From a virus: a stretch of DNA of 64,000 bases. The DNA is taken from positions 128,001-192,000 of the IMG/VR virus record IMGVR_UViG_3300031418_000005; one strand, written 5' to 3'. The number at the start of each line of letters is the position of its first letter. The first letter of the stretch is position 1. Positions 8,867-19,317 of the stretch are shown here, piece after piece. The notes below the pieces were generated by a model. That model worked only from the letters and a program-made list of their open reading frames with translations, was not told where the DNA came from and made no database searches. A program made the position numbers and the translations under genes.

Positions 8867-11800
8867 ATGGCTAAAAAAGGCAGAGACGACTTCGACGATC
8901 TTGATCTCGACCGGATGGATGACTGGGATGACTTCGGTGAACCACCGCGAAATACAGATAAGAGTCGTAACCCTATTATCGACACACTGCGCACAGCGCG
9001 TAAGTCGGCCCTCTCCACAATCTGGCCAAAAGGGAAGCGCGATCAAGTCATCTTGAAAGGGATGCCAAAACCAGCAGCAGATGCCTACGAAGGCTACCAG
9101 AACGTGGCTGCTGCGGGGAAGGATATAGTTGCCCATACGAAGGATGAGCTTGTCAAGACCGAACGCATGGTCAAACAGCAAGCACGTCAGTTAGGGCCAA
9201 CCCTGAAACGCTACTTGCCCGATGCCTTGACCCGCAAGATTGACAAGTGGGCCAAGTCTGACCAGATGGAGTACGGGCAGTACGACCCGAAACAGGCGAT
9301 GATGGATCGCGAGCTCGGTGAAGTGTTCAGTGGCTCCGGGCCACAGACCGACGAGCAACAGCGGGACATGCGTGAAACGGCAACCGAAGACCGTATTCGT
9401 GATTCTATCCGTGAGATGAAATCCGATGCGATGTTCCAGACGGTCATCGGAATTGCGAAAGACATCAGTCTGACCACGAGCCTGAACCGTGGGGTGTTCT
9501 TAAACGTCCAGCGCAAGCAACTGGAACTGCAATACAAAACCTTGTTTGCAATCCAGGACTTGACAAAACTGAAGCAAGACGAGTTTGACCGTAACACGCC
9601 AGCACTCGAAGCGATTCAGAAGAACACCGCCTTACCGGATTACGCGAAGGAAGAATTCTCCGAAGTCCGTTGGGCAAACGTCAAGCGTCAGATGGCGGAC
9701 TGGATGAACCCACTGAAATACGCTGACGGGTTTATCGACCAGATTCGCGAGAACACCAAAAAGAAAATCTCCAACGTTTTTGGTGAAGGGCGCGGGATGC
9801 TCGAGCAATTGCTCGGCATGGGCGTCGAAGATGACTTCGGTATGGAAGACAGTTCATCACTGTCTGCCGAGAAGCGTAAAACCAACGCCCGTGATAAAGC
9901 GGTTGGCTGGGGTTCTGGTTGGCTTGCCAAGAAACTCTTAGGCCCGCAAATCGAGAAACTCCAGAAGTGGTCACGCGAGGAACTGGAAAAGAACCCGGAG
10001 GTGATGAAACGCCTGCAAGCCGGTAAGTTCAATCTCCAGAACCTGTCATCGTTGTCCAACTCCGCGATTGCCGGAGAGACCGATGGCCCAATGGCTGATA
10101 TCTTCCGTTTCTTAAACGAGATGGGAATCATTCAACCGCTGAACCGAGAAAAGGCGTTCCTGGATGAGCGTGACGGGGCAGCAATGACCCGTTCGGCTAA
10201 GTTTGACCGTAAAGCCCACTTAACCCTGGTGGAAATCATCCCAGCCTGGTTATCCGAAATCAACAAATCGATTCGGCGGGGTTACGGTGAACATGCAGAC
10301 ATGGAATACGACATCACCAGTCGTGGGTTCGTTGACCGTAAGGTTATCGGCAACCGTGTCCGTAAAGCCGTAGCTAACGATGAACAGCGTTTGCGTCTGC
10401 AAGGGTCAATCAACAAAACGGTTGACTTTATTGACAGCAAAGGTGAGCTGTCCGCGAAAGAACGTCAGCATCTGGCCGATTATATCGAGTCTCGTGCCTC
10501 ACAAGGCCGCGCATTCGACGTAGGAGCCATTCTCAAGGACTCTAGCCACTTAATGCGACACATGGGTGGCAATGGCGCTGAGAAGCTCCAGGGCATCTTA
10601 CAGGCCCGTTCTAACGGCCTCACCGGCGGACACGCTGAACTCAGTAATGAACTGTCATCTCGGATTGCGACTATCCAGTCGTCTATCTCGGCCCGGCAGA
10701 ACATGATTGATGAAGCGGCAAACATCTACGGTGAGCGTGCGCTGCGTGATGCAGGCATCTTTAACTACGATGCGAAGAACGATACGTTCGGCGTGGATAA
10801 AGACCTGTCCGATCCCTATACCCTGTTCAACGATTTGGCCATGGGGAAAACCCGTACCGGTCGTGCGCTGACGCGTGAGCAGGAAATTGCGAAGAAACTG
10901 CAAAACGGTTCTGCGCTTGGGGACTATCTGCGTCGCATGGGTGCCAACGCGGGTCCAGGAATGGATGACACTTCTTTACCGCCTGCATTACGTGGGAAAG
11001 GTAAAGGGGGCAAAGGTCTCAGTGCACGTCAGCTGGCCGCGGTGCTCTACGGCGAAACCTCCACGAACTTTGTGGAGTTGTTGAGTCAGCGTAACCAGGC
11101 ACAAGACCAAACCGGCCATACCGATCGTGTGGTGGCCGCTATCCGCGAATCCAGCAACCTGAGTGTGGTACAGCAAATCCTGGAACATGTGAAGAACATG
11201 GATGAACAGGGTGTGTTGTTGGCCTCATTGGCAGGCGGTGGTGAAGGTGGTGACGCAACCGGCGATATTCATGGCCCGCCACGTCCTGGTGGTGGTCCTG
11301 GTGGGGGCGGTCGACGTCGTCGCATCATTATCGGCGAAGACGGCTTACTGCGTCGTTGGGGTGGGGTACTGTTTGACTCGGTTGCTGGCGCAGGCCGCTT
11401 AGGCGGACGCCTGGCAAAAGGGGCAAAAGACCGTCTGGGTAAATTCGGTGCCTGGGCACGCGGGAAGTTCGGCGGACCGTCGGAAGGGCCAGGTATTCTG
11501 TCGAAGATTCGTGGGCTGATCACCGGTGGGTTCGAAGGAGCCTGGAACTCAGCCTCGGGCTTTGCAAAAGGTGTTCTGGGTATCCGTGATATCTACGACG
11601 AGAAAGGCAACGTCGTGCTGCAAGGCGCTAAGCTGGAAGCCGGGGAATACTACCAGGTCTCCAGTGGTTCTGGCGCACGTATGAAACAGCTGAAGTCGCT
11701 GGATGATATTCGCCTGGGTCGCGACATTGTTGATGAAGCCGGTAACCTGATTCTCTCTGCTGCCGATTTGGCAAAAGCCGGGAAGTTGCGTTACTACAAA

Positions 11801-14800
11801 GGGGGCAAGGCACAAGCCCTGTTCCAGGTACTGGCACAAAAAGCCGGTACCGGTGTCAACAAAGTGGTTAAGTTGCCCAAACGCATTCTGGATTTCATTT
11901 CTCCGAAAGCCGGGTCGTTCCTGACCAAGGTGAAAGACTGGTTGAATGAGATTCCAGAAGGCGAAGAGAAGTCCCGTATTCAAGCGGCCTTCTCACGCGT
12001 GACCAGTTTACCGAAGAAAGTGTGGGATGCAGCGAAGAACGGCTGGGACAAGTTTAAAGACATGGCCCAAAACAACCCACTCACCCGTTGGTGGCAAAAC
12101 CGCGAAGGCGGTGGCGGGGGTGGTATCTCGCTGTTCTCCATGTCCAATGCCCGTAAGACCAACCACATCCTCATTCGTATCTATAAACTCCTCAACAAAC
12201 GTTTAGCCGGGGAACCGGAAGACGAAGGTTGGACGGAGCAGATGGAGAAAAATGTTGGCGGTGGTAAAGGGTTACGTGGCCAAGCATCACAGGCGCTGCG
12301 TCGTGCCAAGGTGATGGCGAAACGCCGTTTTGGTAAACGTTGGGGTCGCTTCCAGTCGCGTGTTGGTGAAGGGATGGACACCGTTCGTGACGAATATGGC
12401 AACCTGCGCGACAGAGCAGGTAACATCGTGGATTCGTTCCGCGGCAGTCGCTTTGATATCGGTACCCGTTATGAAGTTGAACGTCGCTTGCATGGCCGTA
12501 ACGATGATGTGGCAGATTTCTACCGCCAGCATCTGAATGCGCGGGCAGGTATTTCCGGCAAGAAAGTCAAATCGGCGATTAAGGATGATGTCGATAAAGT
12601 GAAAGGGGCTGCGTCGGATGTTATTGGTTCAGCCGCTGACCGTTCACGGTCATTGGGCAGTCGGTTGTTAGATCGCCTGAACCGTATGGTCGACTTGCAG
12701 GAGATGGGTTGGTTCAACACCATGCGAGACTCCGTGGAGAAAGCGGGGGGAACCGATGGGATGCTGCGTACCATGTTCTCGAAATTCAGTCGGCGTAACA
12801 AACCGAAAGAGTCGGACGAGAAACGTGACTACTTCCAGTTCTTCCGCAGACGGCGTCGCACCAAGGAAGAACAAGAGGCTGCAGCGCCACCGAAACGTGG
12901 TGGCAAGAAGGGTGGGATTATGGGGATGTTGTCAAGCCTCCCTTTAATAGGCCCGATTGTCAGCATCCTCGGTACCGTGGGGTCGATTCTCGGCACAGTG
13001 GCGAAGTGGGGTATCTTTAAACCCGGCGCACTTATCGGGAAAGCTGCGTGGAATGTTGGGAAGTTTGCGGTAACGCGTGCTATCCCGACGATTGCCACCG
13101 GTGTGGCTAGTGCGGCCTCGGCGGTAGTTGCAGCCGTGGGTTGGCCTGCCATTGCTATCGGTGCTGCTGTTGTTGGGGCATCCTGGCTGGCGTACCACAT
13201 CGCCACGTACAAACCGGCACTGCGTCTGGACAAGATGCGTTTGGCACAGTACGGTTATCGCAATAATGATGCCTGGTCGTCTGACGACGGTGCGAAAGCC
13301 CGTTACCTGGAAGACAACATCAAACAATACATCAGCTACGACGACAAAGGTCAAGCCACGCTTCGCGGCATGGCAGCCAAAGACGTAGAGAAACTGGCCG
13401 AAGGGTACGGTGTGAATCTGGAAGAGAAAGGCGAAATGCTGGCCTTCCAGGCATTCATGCTCCAGCGCTTCATCCCAGTGTACCTGCGTTGGGTGACCGC
13501 ATTGAAGTCAATGGATAATGATATCCAGTTAGCCGATGTGGCTGATCAATCGAAAACCTCGAAAGCTGACCAGAAGAAGTTGTGGGCGAAAACGAAGATG
13601 TCGAAAGACGCCAACGCTTTCCATGCCCTTACTGACCCACGTAAAGTGAATCAGGGCTTCTTCTCGAAAGCCTGGGATGCTATCACCTTCACCTCACCCG
13701 ATTTACTGGATGCGGATGAAGTGATGAAAGTGCAAGACCGGGTCGGGAAAGAGATTGACTGGCTGGTTGATGATAAGGTCGCTGAGAAGAAAGGGATGCG
13801 GGAAGCGGTCGAAGGGGTGAAGTCTGCCTCTGTCGCCGAGTCTACGCAGAAACTCGCCTCGCTTGATAAAGAGCGTAACGAGAACACCATCAAAACTCAG
13901 GGCTGGGAAGATGGGACGGAACAGGTTCAGATTCAGGTCGACTGGAATGCGGTGGCAGACAAGAAAGATTTGGATGCCCTCGAATCCCTGCGTTGGAAAA
14001 CGTATGGCCTGGTGACGATTGATTCAGCTGCACGCACACAGATGAATCTCTTCGAGAAAGAAGTCATCAAAGACGTCGATGTGAAGTCCGCCAGTTACAA
14101 AGGGGATTGGAAGAAAGCGATTGCGGTGCTTGCACCTGATGCAATCGGTGGACCGAAAGAAGACCGGTATAAGCTGTGGTTCTTTAACCGCTTCTTACCT
14201 GCCTTCATGACGTTCCTGGTCGGGGTGAAACGTTACCTGCCGACCGGCGATCCACTGAACCTGAAAATGACGGGGGGTTACCTGTACGAAATCGCGTTGT
14301 TGGTACGTGGGGCGTATAACCTGAAAGGGGGTGTGCGTCAGTCCGTGTGGGAAATCCCGTTCAACCCATTGGGTGGGGAAGCCAACACCGATCCGCGTAC
14401 GGTCGACAAAGAGTTGGAAACGTTGCGCGTGCTGTCGAAGGAAGCGGACTTGGCCGTGCGTAACCTGTTGAAGGAAACGCAGTCGGCTGGGAAACGTGCC
14501 CAGTGGCAACGCCGTGACAAGAACACCAACTTCTTCCAGACCAAGGACGATGACCCGCAGAGCAAGTTCTTTGAAACCTACGGCAAAGGCAGTGCCGCTG
14601 AGCAACGGGCGAACGGTTATGCGCCAGTACCGGGCTTTAACGGTGTGCCGAACGACCTTGGCCAATCTGTTGATGCCGTAGGCGGGATTGAGAACTACGC
14701 GAAGTTAACCACCGGACAATCATCCATTAACCTGGGTGAAGTCCAGGCCGGTGACTATAAGAGTCTGGCAGAGAAGTACCCGCTGTCTAAACTCGGACGT

Positions 14801-16006
14801 CGTGGGGCACTGAACGTTCAAAACATTCGGGCAATGATTGCCGATGCGGCGAAGATGTTTGGTGTCCCGCCAGCTGTGGCCTTGGCGATGGCGCAAGCGG
14901 AGTCAAGTTTCGACTACACCGTGACTAACAAAGCAGGTACGGCCGGTGGGTTGTTCCAGTTCATTAACGGAACTTGGGGCGATATGATGAAGGGCTACGG
15001 GAATAAGTTTGGTATCCCGAATAAGCTCAACACCGGCGGTGGACAGCTTGACCCATGGGCGAACACCCTGCTGGGGATGCAGTTTATCCGTGACAACATC
15101 CAATCCGCACAACGTGATTTGGGTGGCGTGGCTCCACCGCCTGCGGTGGCCTACCTGTACCACTTCTTGGGTGCCGGTGGCGGTAAGCTGTTCCTGAAAG
15201 CCTGGCAGAAGAACCCGTCTGCACCGTCAGCGCGTGCACCGGGAATTACGCAGGCTATCCTTTCGGGGAACAAAGGGGTGTTCTACGATGGTCAGGGTCG
15301 TAACAGGACGATTGATGGCGTTATCCAGGAGTTGAACCGTCGCATGGGGGCAGTCTCTGCCAACGTGATGTCGGCTACACCGGGAATGACTTCGGATATC
15401 ACCAAAAACCTGACACCGGCTAACCCGGCAGTTGCTGCGGGTGCCGCGAACGACCCGTCTATCGCGGGTGCTGCTGATGACTTGCCTGCGGACAACGCTG
15501 CACGTCGTGATGATGCGCTGGATGCAAAAGGCGCACAAGCGGCTGCGGATGCACAGGCTACCGCCGCGGGTAACGCAGGGCCAGCAGTACCGTCTCCAGG
15601 TAGCAGTTCTGGTGGAGGCGATGCCGCTGCTACTGCGGATGGGGTTGCTGCCGCTGCAGCGGCAGATGGATTGTCACCGACGGATGTTGCGAAGGTCAAA
15701 GCAGGTGCTGAGAAGCAGTTGCAGAAAACCGCCCAGCAGCCAGCGGCGAACAGTTCAGATGCCACGGCGTCCACACCGACACTGAACACCGTGCCGGTCG
15801 ATGTCCAGCAACTCCAGGTACTCAAAGAGTCGGCCGGGTATCTTAAAGAGATCCGTGACTTTATGAAAGCCAACCCAGGTCGTGGTCTGCCACAAGGCGG
15901 GAATCAGGCACAGGCGCAAGGAGCTGCACCTCCAGGTTCCGCTGCCCGTCAGCAGTCTATCACTCAACCCACACCGTCGCTGAACGTAACCCGTAAGGCG
16001 AGCTAA
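8867..16006 (+). CDS. Tape-measure/tail protein with C-terminal lytic transglycosylase domain (phiKZ gp181-like)
   Basis: 2379 aa; helical Gly/Lys-rich body and hydrophobic segment; SLT motifs AMAQAESSF, AGGLFQFINGTW, YLYHFLGAGG; divergent from the vRNAP genes as in phiKZ-like phages. Confidence 0.88.
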   Translation: MAKKGRDDFDDLDLDRMDDWDDFGEPPRNTDKSRNPIIDTLRTARKSALSTIWPKGKRDQVILKGMPKPAADAYEGYQNVAAAGKDIVAHTKDELVKTERMVKQQARQLGPTLKRYLPDALTRKIDKWAKSDQMEYGQYDPKQAMMDRELGEVFSGSGPQTDEQQRDMRETATEDRIRDSIREMKSDAMFQTVIGIAKDISLTTSLNRGVFLNVQRKQLELQYKTLFAIQDLTKLKQDEFDRNTPALEAIQKNTALPDYAKEEFSEVRWANVKRQMADWMNPLKYADGFIDQIRENTKKKISNVFGEGRGMLEQLLGMGVEDDFGMEDSSSLSAEKRKTNARDKAVGWGSGWLAKKLLGPQIEKLQKWSREELEKNPEVMKRLQAGKFNLQNLSSLSNSAIAGETDGPMADIFRFLNEMGIIQPLNREKAFLDERDGAAMTRSAKFDRKAHLTLVEIIPAWLSEINKSIRRGYGEHADMEYDITSRGFVDRKVIGNRVRKAVANDEQRLRLQGSINKTVDFIDSKGELSAKERQHLADYIESRASQGRAFDVGAILKDSSHLMRHMGGNGAEKLQGILQARSNGLTGGHAELSNELSSRIATIQSSISARQNMIDEAANIYGERALRDAGIFNYDAKNDTFGVDKDLSDPYTLFNDLAMGKTRTGRALTREQEIAKKLQNGSALGDYLRRMGANAGPGMDDTSLPPALRGKGKGGKGLSARQLAAVLYGETSTNFVELLSQRNQAQDQTGHTDRVVAAIRESSNLSVVQQILEHVKNMDEQGVLLASLAGGGEGGDATGDIHGPPRPGGGPGGGGRRRRIIIGEDGLLRRWGGVLFDSVAGAGRLGGRLAKGAKDRLGKFGAWARGKFGGPSEGPGILSKIRGLITGGFEGAWNSASGFAKGVLGIRDIYDEKGNVVLQGAKLEAGEYYQVSSGSGARMKQLKSLDDIRLGRDIVDEAGNLILSAADLAKAGKLRYYKGGKAQALFQVLAQKAGTGVNKVVKLPKRILDFISPKAGSFLTKVKDWLNEIPEGEEKSRIQAAFSRVTSLPKKVWDAAKNGWDKFKDMAQNNPLTRWWQNREGGGGGGISLFSMSNARKTNHILIRIYKLLNKRLAGEPEDEGWTEQMEKNVGGGKGLRGQASQALRRAKVMAKRRFGKRWGRFQSRVGEGMDTVRDEYGNLRDRAGNIVDSFRGSRFDIGTRYEVERRLHGRNDDVADFYRQHLNARAGISGKKVKSAIKDDVDKVKGAASDVIGSAADRSRSLGSRLLDRLNRMVDLQEMGWFNTMRDSVEKAGGTDGMLRTMFSKFSRRNKPKESDEKRDYFQFFRRRRRTKEEQEAAAPPKRGGKKGGIMGMLSSLPLIGPIVSILGTVGSILGTVAKWGIFKPGALIGKAAWNVGKFAVTRAIPTIATGVASAASAVVAAVGWPAIAIGAAVVGASWLAYHIATYKPALRLDKMRLAQYGYRNNDAWSSDDGAKARYLEDNIKQYISYDDKGQATLRGMAAKDVEKLAEGYGVNLEEKGEMLAFQAFMLQRFIPVYLRWVTALKSMDNDIQLADVADQSKTSKADQKKLWAKTKMSKDANAFHALTDPRKVNQGFFSKAWDAITFTSPDLLDADEVMKVQDRVGKEIDWLVDDKVAEKKGMREAVEGVKSASVAESTQKLASLDKERNENTIKTQGWEDGTEQVQIQVDWNAVADKKDLDALESLRWKTYGLVTIDSAARTQMNLFEKEVIKDVDVKSASYKGDWKKAIAVLAPDAIGGPKEDRYKLWFFNRFLPAFMTFLVGVKRYLPTGDPLNLKMTGGYLYEIALLVRGAYNLKGGVRQSVWEIPFNPLGGEANTDPRTVDKELETLRVLSKEADLAVRNLLKETQSAGKRAQWQRRDKNTNFFQTKDDDPQSKFFETYGKGSAAEQRANGYAPVPGFNGVPNDLGQSVDAVGGIENYAKLTTGQSSINLGEVQAGDYKSLAEKYPLSKLGRRGALNVQNIRAMIADAAKMFGVPPAVALAMAQAESSFDYTVTNKAGTAGGLFQFINGTWGDMMKGYGNKFGIPNKLNTGGGQLDPWANTLLGMQFIRDNIQSAQRDLGGVAPPPAVAYLYHFLGAGGGKLFLKAWQKNPSAPSARAPGITQAILSGNKGVFYDGQGRNRTIDGVIQELNRRMGAVSANVMSATPGMTSDITKNLTPANPAVAAGAANDPSIAGAADDLPADNAARRDDALDAKGAQAAADAQATAAGNAGPAVPSPGSSSGGGDAAATADGVAAAAAADGLSPTDVAKVKAGAEKQLQKTAQQPAANSSDATASTPTLNTVPVDVQQLQVLKESAGYLKEIRDFMKANPGRGLPQGGNQAQAQGAAPPGSAARQQSITQPTPSLNVTRKAS

Positions 16007-16010
16007 ATAC

Positions 16011-16037
16011 GGGGGCAGCAATGCCCCCTTTTCTTTA
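16011..16037 (+). terminator. Rho-independent terminator
   Basis: GGGGGCA-gcaa-TGCCCCC followed by TTTTCTTT. Confidence 0.7.
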
Positions 16038-16048
16038 AGAGGTGAAAC

Positions 16049-18259
16049 GTGGATGCACGCAAATTAGAAGACTCAAGCTGGGTCAAGACGCTATTCGGTG
16101 GGACAGGTGAGCGGCGAGACGAACGCTTCTTGGGTCTTCGTCGCTTTTCCAATGCGATGATGTCGTTTGAAGATACCACCCTCGGGGGTTCTCGCGCCAT
16201 TAATGCACCCCCACAGTTCACACTGTTTGCAGACCCTCCCTCCACCGGGGCGTTTGCACAACCCCAATCAACCAGTTCGAAAGAACAACAACAAATCAGC
16301 AGCCAAGACCTGAAAGGGTCGTACAAGATGGGGACGTTCTACTGGGAAGCTATTAACCAGAATGCCTTCTATCTGCATTGCCGATTCGGTAAGCCGCGTT
16401 ATCTTGGGGTCGCTGCGTTCTTCGCAAACATGTACGACTCGAACCTGGCCTACTTAGCCCGTACCGGTAACTATCCGGGTATGCTGCGCAGTATCGGCAC
16501 CTATGTCGCCGCTGCCGCCCTCTGGGCTACTGTCGGGACTGTCGCCTTTGCGATTATCTTGATTACTCCACGCATCCTGAAAGTGGTGCTGAACAAAGAG
16601 ACATCGCGTTACTACTACGTGATGCCAACCATGCACCTTTATCTGCGTGCGGTACAGAACATGGTGAACACGCAGTTGGTTTACCGTCGTCTGGTGCCCA
16701 CTGGGGTGCTCGGTACCTTTGCGTTAGGCTATGATGTCAACGACAAAGAGAACAAATACAACGCTGAGCGTGCGGAGTGGTACTCGATGCTCCCGAACAT
16801 CTGGAAAGATAACGGGGAGTTTGATATCTACCGCATGATCAACCGTTACCAGACCCTGGCGAACTATCAGGCGAAGACCATTGAAGAGATTCGCAAGAAA
16901 GCCGGGGATGATGAGGAAGATTTTGCAGCACGTCTTCGGGCGTTCTACAACGAAGCCACGTACTCCACAAATGTCCAGAGTAAAGCCGGTCAGTTTGAGG
17001 TTTCGCTCGGGATGTTGGAAACCGTGGCCCGTAAAGACCCTGCCTACAGTGCCGGGTTTAATGATGCCACCCAGCAGGAAAACGAACTCGTCAACGGAAT
17101 GCAGGGTTCGATAACCGATGCCCAACAAGCAGGCGGTACTGGTCAGGACTTTGAGAATGCGGCGAAGTCCAAAGAGGAACGCTTGCAGGCACAACTTGCC
17201 GAAATGAAAAAGAACCAGGAGAACGCCGCCAATACGCAATCCTCTGCGAATGCGATGGACGAGAATAACCTGGACATCGGCAAGATTGAAAACTGGATGG
17301 CACAAGGGCAAAAAGAAAACGTCGGCAGCTTCTTTAAAGACATGGTCGGGATGATGGAACGCACCTGGGAAAATGTCTCCGAACAAGCTGCATCGGAAAT
17401 CCGTAACGGTTCGCAGTGGATTACCTGGAAGATTGATGGCCGTGATACAGTCAGCCGCAACTTCTCGAACACCACCAAAGAGCCGGAGATTTCTGGTACC
17501 GTGAACTCGGTCACGCAGAAAGCCCGTTCGCTGGAAGTCAACCTGTCAGGAGGCAAGACCGGCTTTGATGCCATTGACGGTCTCGTTACTGGCTTGAAGT
17601 CTGCATTCACCGGCGCGTTGGACTTGTTACACCTTTCAGGGATTATGTCACTGTACAACTCGTCAGTGATTGACTTCCCGGAAGTGTGGGACTCGTCTGA
17701 TACATCAGGAGACGATATTACCATGTCCATCCCACTACGGTGTTGGTCGGGTAATGATTTGGACGTCTTCCAGGATTTGCTCGTGCCTATGTCGTTTTGG
17801 TTAGCGGCGGTCTGTCCTATCGCCACGGGTAAACAATCGTTTACTCACCCGTTCTACCTTGAGTGCTACTCACGCGGTCGTTACTCCATGCGCAATGCCA
17901 TGGTAACGAACCTGTCGCTGCAGTTTGGTGCCGGTGGTCTCGGTTGGCGTGGTGACGGTGTGCCGTTGTCGTGTGATATTCAGGTAACTATCCGCGACTT
18001 GTCGCGCGTCATGTACATGCCTATCGTCACCGATACTGGCGTGTGGGACGACGATAACAAGTTCAGTGAGTTTATGGCGGTACTGGGTGCTGCAACACTG
18101 CGTGAACGTGTAGTGGGGATTGAGCGTGCGAAAATCAACGCCTCTATCTGGGCACAAAATGCCGCCTCTGCCTGGTCACAAGGTAACATCATGAACGCTG
18201 CTTTCGACCTTGTTCCTGCCCGACAAATTGCGAACATCTTCCTGACGCAGGCCCGTTAA
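16049..18259 (+). CDS. Virion structural (tail/baseplate) protein, phiKZ gp182-like
   Basis: 736 aa, GAGGTG SD and GTG start; directly follows the tape measure. Confidence 0.7.
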   Translation: MDARKLEDSSWVKTLFGGTGERRDERFLGLRRFSNAMMSFEDTTLGGSRAINAPPQFTLFADPPSTGAFAQPQSTSSKEQQQISSQDLKGSYKMGTFYWEAINQNAFYLHCRFGKPRYLGVAAFFANMYDSNLAYLARTGNYPGMLRSIGTYVAAAALWATVGTVAFAIILITPRILKVVLNKETSRYYYVMPTMHLYLRAVQNMVNTQLVYRRLVPTGVLGTFALGYDVNDKENKYNAERAEWYSMLPNIWKDNGEFDIYRMINRYQTLANYQAKTIEEIRKKAGDDEEDFAARLRAFYNEATYSTNVQSKAGQFEVSLGMLETVARKDPAYSAGFNDATQQENELVNGMQGSITDAQQAGGTGQDFENAAKSKEERLQAQLAEMKKNQENAANTQSSANAMDENNLDIGKIENWMAQGQKENVGSFFKDMVGMMERTWENVSEQAASEIRNGSQWITWKIDGRDTVSRNFSNTTKEPEISGTVNSVTQKARSLEVNLSGGKTGFDAIDGLVTGLKSAFTGALDLLHLSGIMSLYNSSVIDFPEVWDSSDTSGDDITMSIPLRCWSGNDLDVFQDLLVPMSFWLAAVCPIATGKQSFTHPFYLECYSRGRYSMRNAMVTNLSLQFGAGGLGWRGDGVPLSCDIQVTIRDLSRVMYMPIVTDTGVWDDDNKFSEFMAVLGAATLRERVVGIERAKINASIWAQNAASAWSQGNIMNAAFDLVPARQIANIFLTQAR

Positions 18260-18292
18260 GGGTAAGTTAACATCGCAGAGAGGAAAAACAGA

Positions 18293-18835
18293 ATGAGTCT
18301 GTTTGGTAAAAGCGCAAAAGAGTTGGTCTACGATTTAATCGTGGCCAAAAATCCCGGTTTTACGACGAAGGGAGTGACGTCGGACAAACTGGCCTTTGGT
18401 ACCCCGGCTAACATTGCAGGCCCAGGTGAAGAAGACCCGACGTATTACACGCGGCTCAACACCACCCTCGATGTCAACGGGATTCTGGAGAAGGGAACGT
18501 TTGGTAAGTTTTCCGTTACCTACCGTCGATTGTTTATGGATCACCTGTTTGCGGATGTTGTTATTTCGGTGGATGCGACCGGGGTAACGACCGCAGCAGG
18601 GTTACTGCCTCTGATTAGAGATAAGTACAACCTCATTATCAGTGAGGATGAGGTTTATGCGACAGAGGCGGTTTCCGGTGACAAGCACTCCCTGCGGTTT
18701 AACGGGAAGTCGTTCGCCTGGATTGGTCGATTGGAAGTGTACCTGACCGAAGTGCCGTCTGACGGCGTGGACATCAGTAAACTTATCAGCGTCACGGAGT
18801 TGGATGGTCTCGTGTACGATACATCTGCTTCGTAA
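18293..18835 (+). CDS. Virion structural protein (jumbo-phage family with YRRL...ELDG motifs)
   Basis: 180 aa, GAGG SD; ends the late + strand operon. Confidence 0.6.
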   Translation: MSLFGKSAKELVYDLIVAKNPGFTTKGVTSDKLAFGTPANIAGPGEEDPTYYTRLNTTLDVNGILEKGTFGKFSVTYRRLFMDHLFADVVISVDATGVTTAAGLLPLIRDKYNLIISEDEVYATEAVSGDKHSLRFNGKSFAWIGRLEVYLTEVPSDGVDISKLISVTELDGLVYDTSAS

Positions 18836-18837
18836 AG

Positions 18838-18890
18838 GCAAAAAAAGAAAGCGAGTAGCCCATTGGGCTACTCGGCTTTTATTTTATTTG
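18838..18890. terminator. Bidirectional terminator between convergent genes
   Basis: A tract, GAGTAGCCCA/TGGGCTACTC hairpin, T tract. Confidence 0.75.
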
Positions 18891-19315
18891 CGTTGGTATT
18901 CAAACACGATGTACGGTGTTGCATCCAAACCAGGGTTTCTCCACCACACCACCACGCTATTCTCACCCAAATCTTTTGGCCAGGTTTGTACGTACGACAT
19001 CTCTGTCCCGAAGCGAGAAGAAACTTTCAATACGTTCATGGGGTCATGACAACCGCCTCGCCACTTGTGCGTGTAGAGCATCTTCCTTACAAAGTTCTCA
19101 CCGACTTTCCAGAACAGCAGATTACGCCTGTCCGTCCACACGGACTCCGGAATAGGTTGGTCGGTAAAGATGAACTCTACCCCACCGTGGTGTTCGGAGA
19201 TGCACTTAAGTATAGCCAGTTGTTGCAGGGTGAGACCATGGTCTAACCACAGCTCACCGTCCACAAACAACTGCTCAGCACCAGTGTAATTGATTCTGTG
19301 CAGTCGCTTTTCCAT
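18884..19315 (-). CDS. Hypothetical protein
   Basis: 143-aa ORF in a tightly packed operon. Confidence 0.6.
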   Translation of the reverse strand: MEKRLHRINYTGAEQLFVDGELWLDHGLTLQQLAILKCISEHHGGVEFIFTDQPIPESVWTDRRNLLFWKVGENFVRKMLYTHKWRGGCHDPMNVLKVSSRFGTEMSYVQTWPKDLGENSVVVWWRNPGLDATPYIVFEYQRK

Positions 19316-19317
19316 CG

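Noticed and set aside
15400-15960. Ala/Gly/Gln-rich quasi-repeats (GCT/GCG/GCA runs)
   Set aside because: Low-complexity coding tail of the tape measure, not a DNA repeat array.
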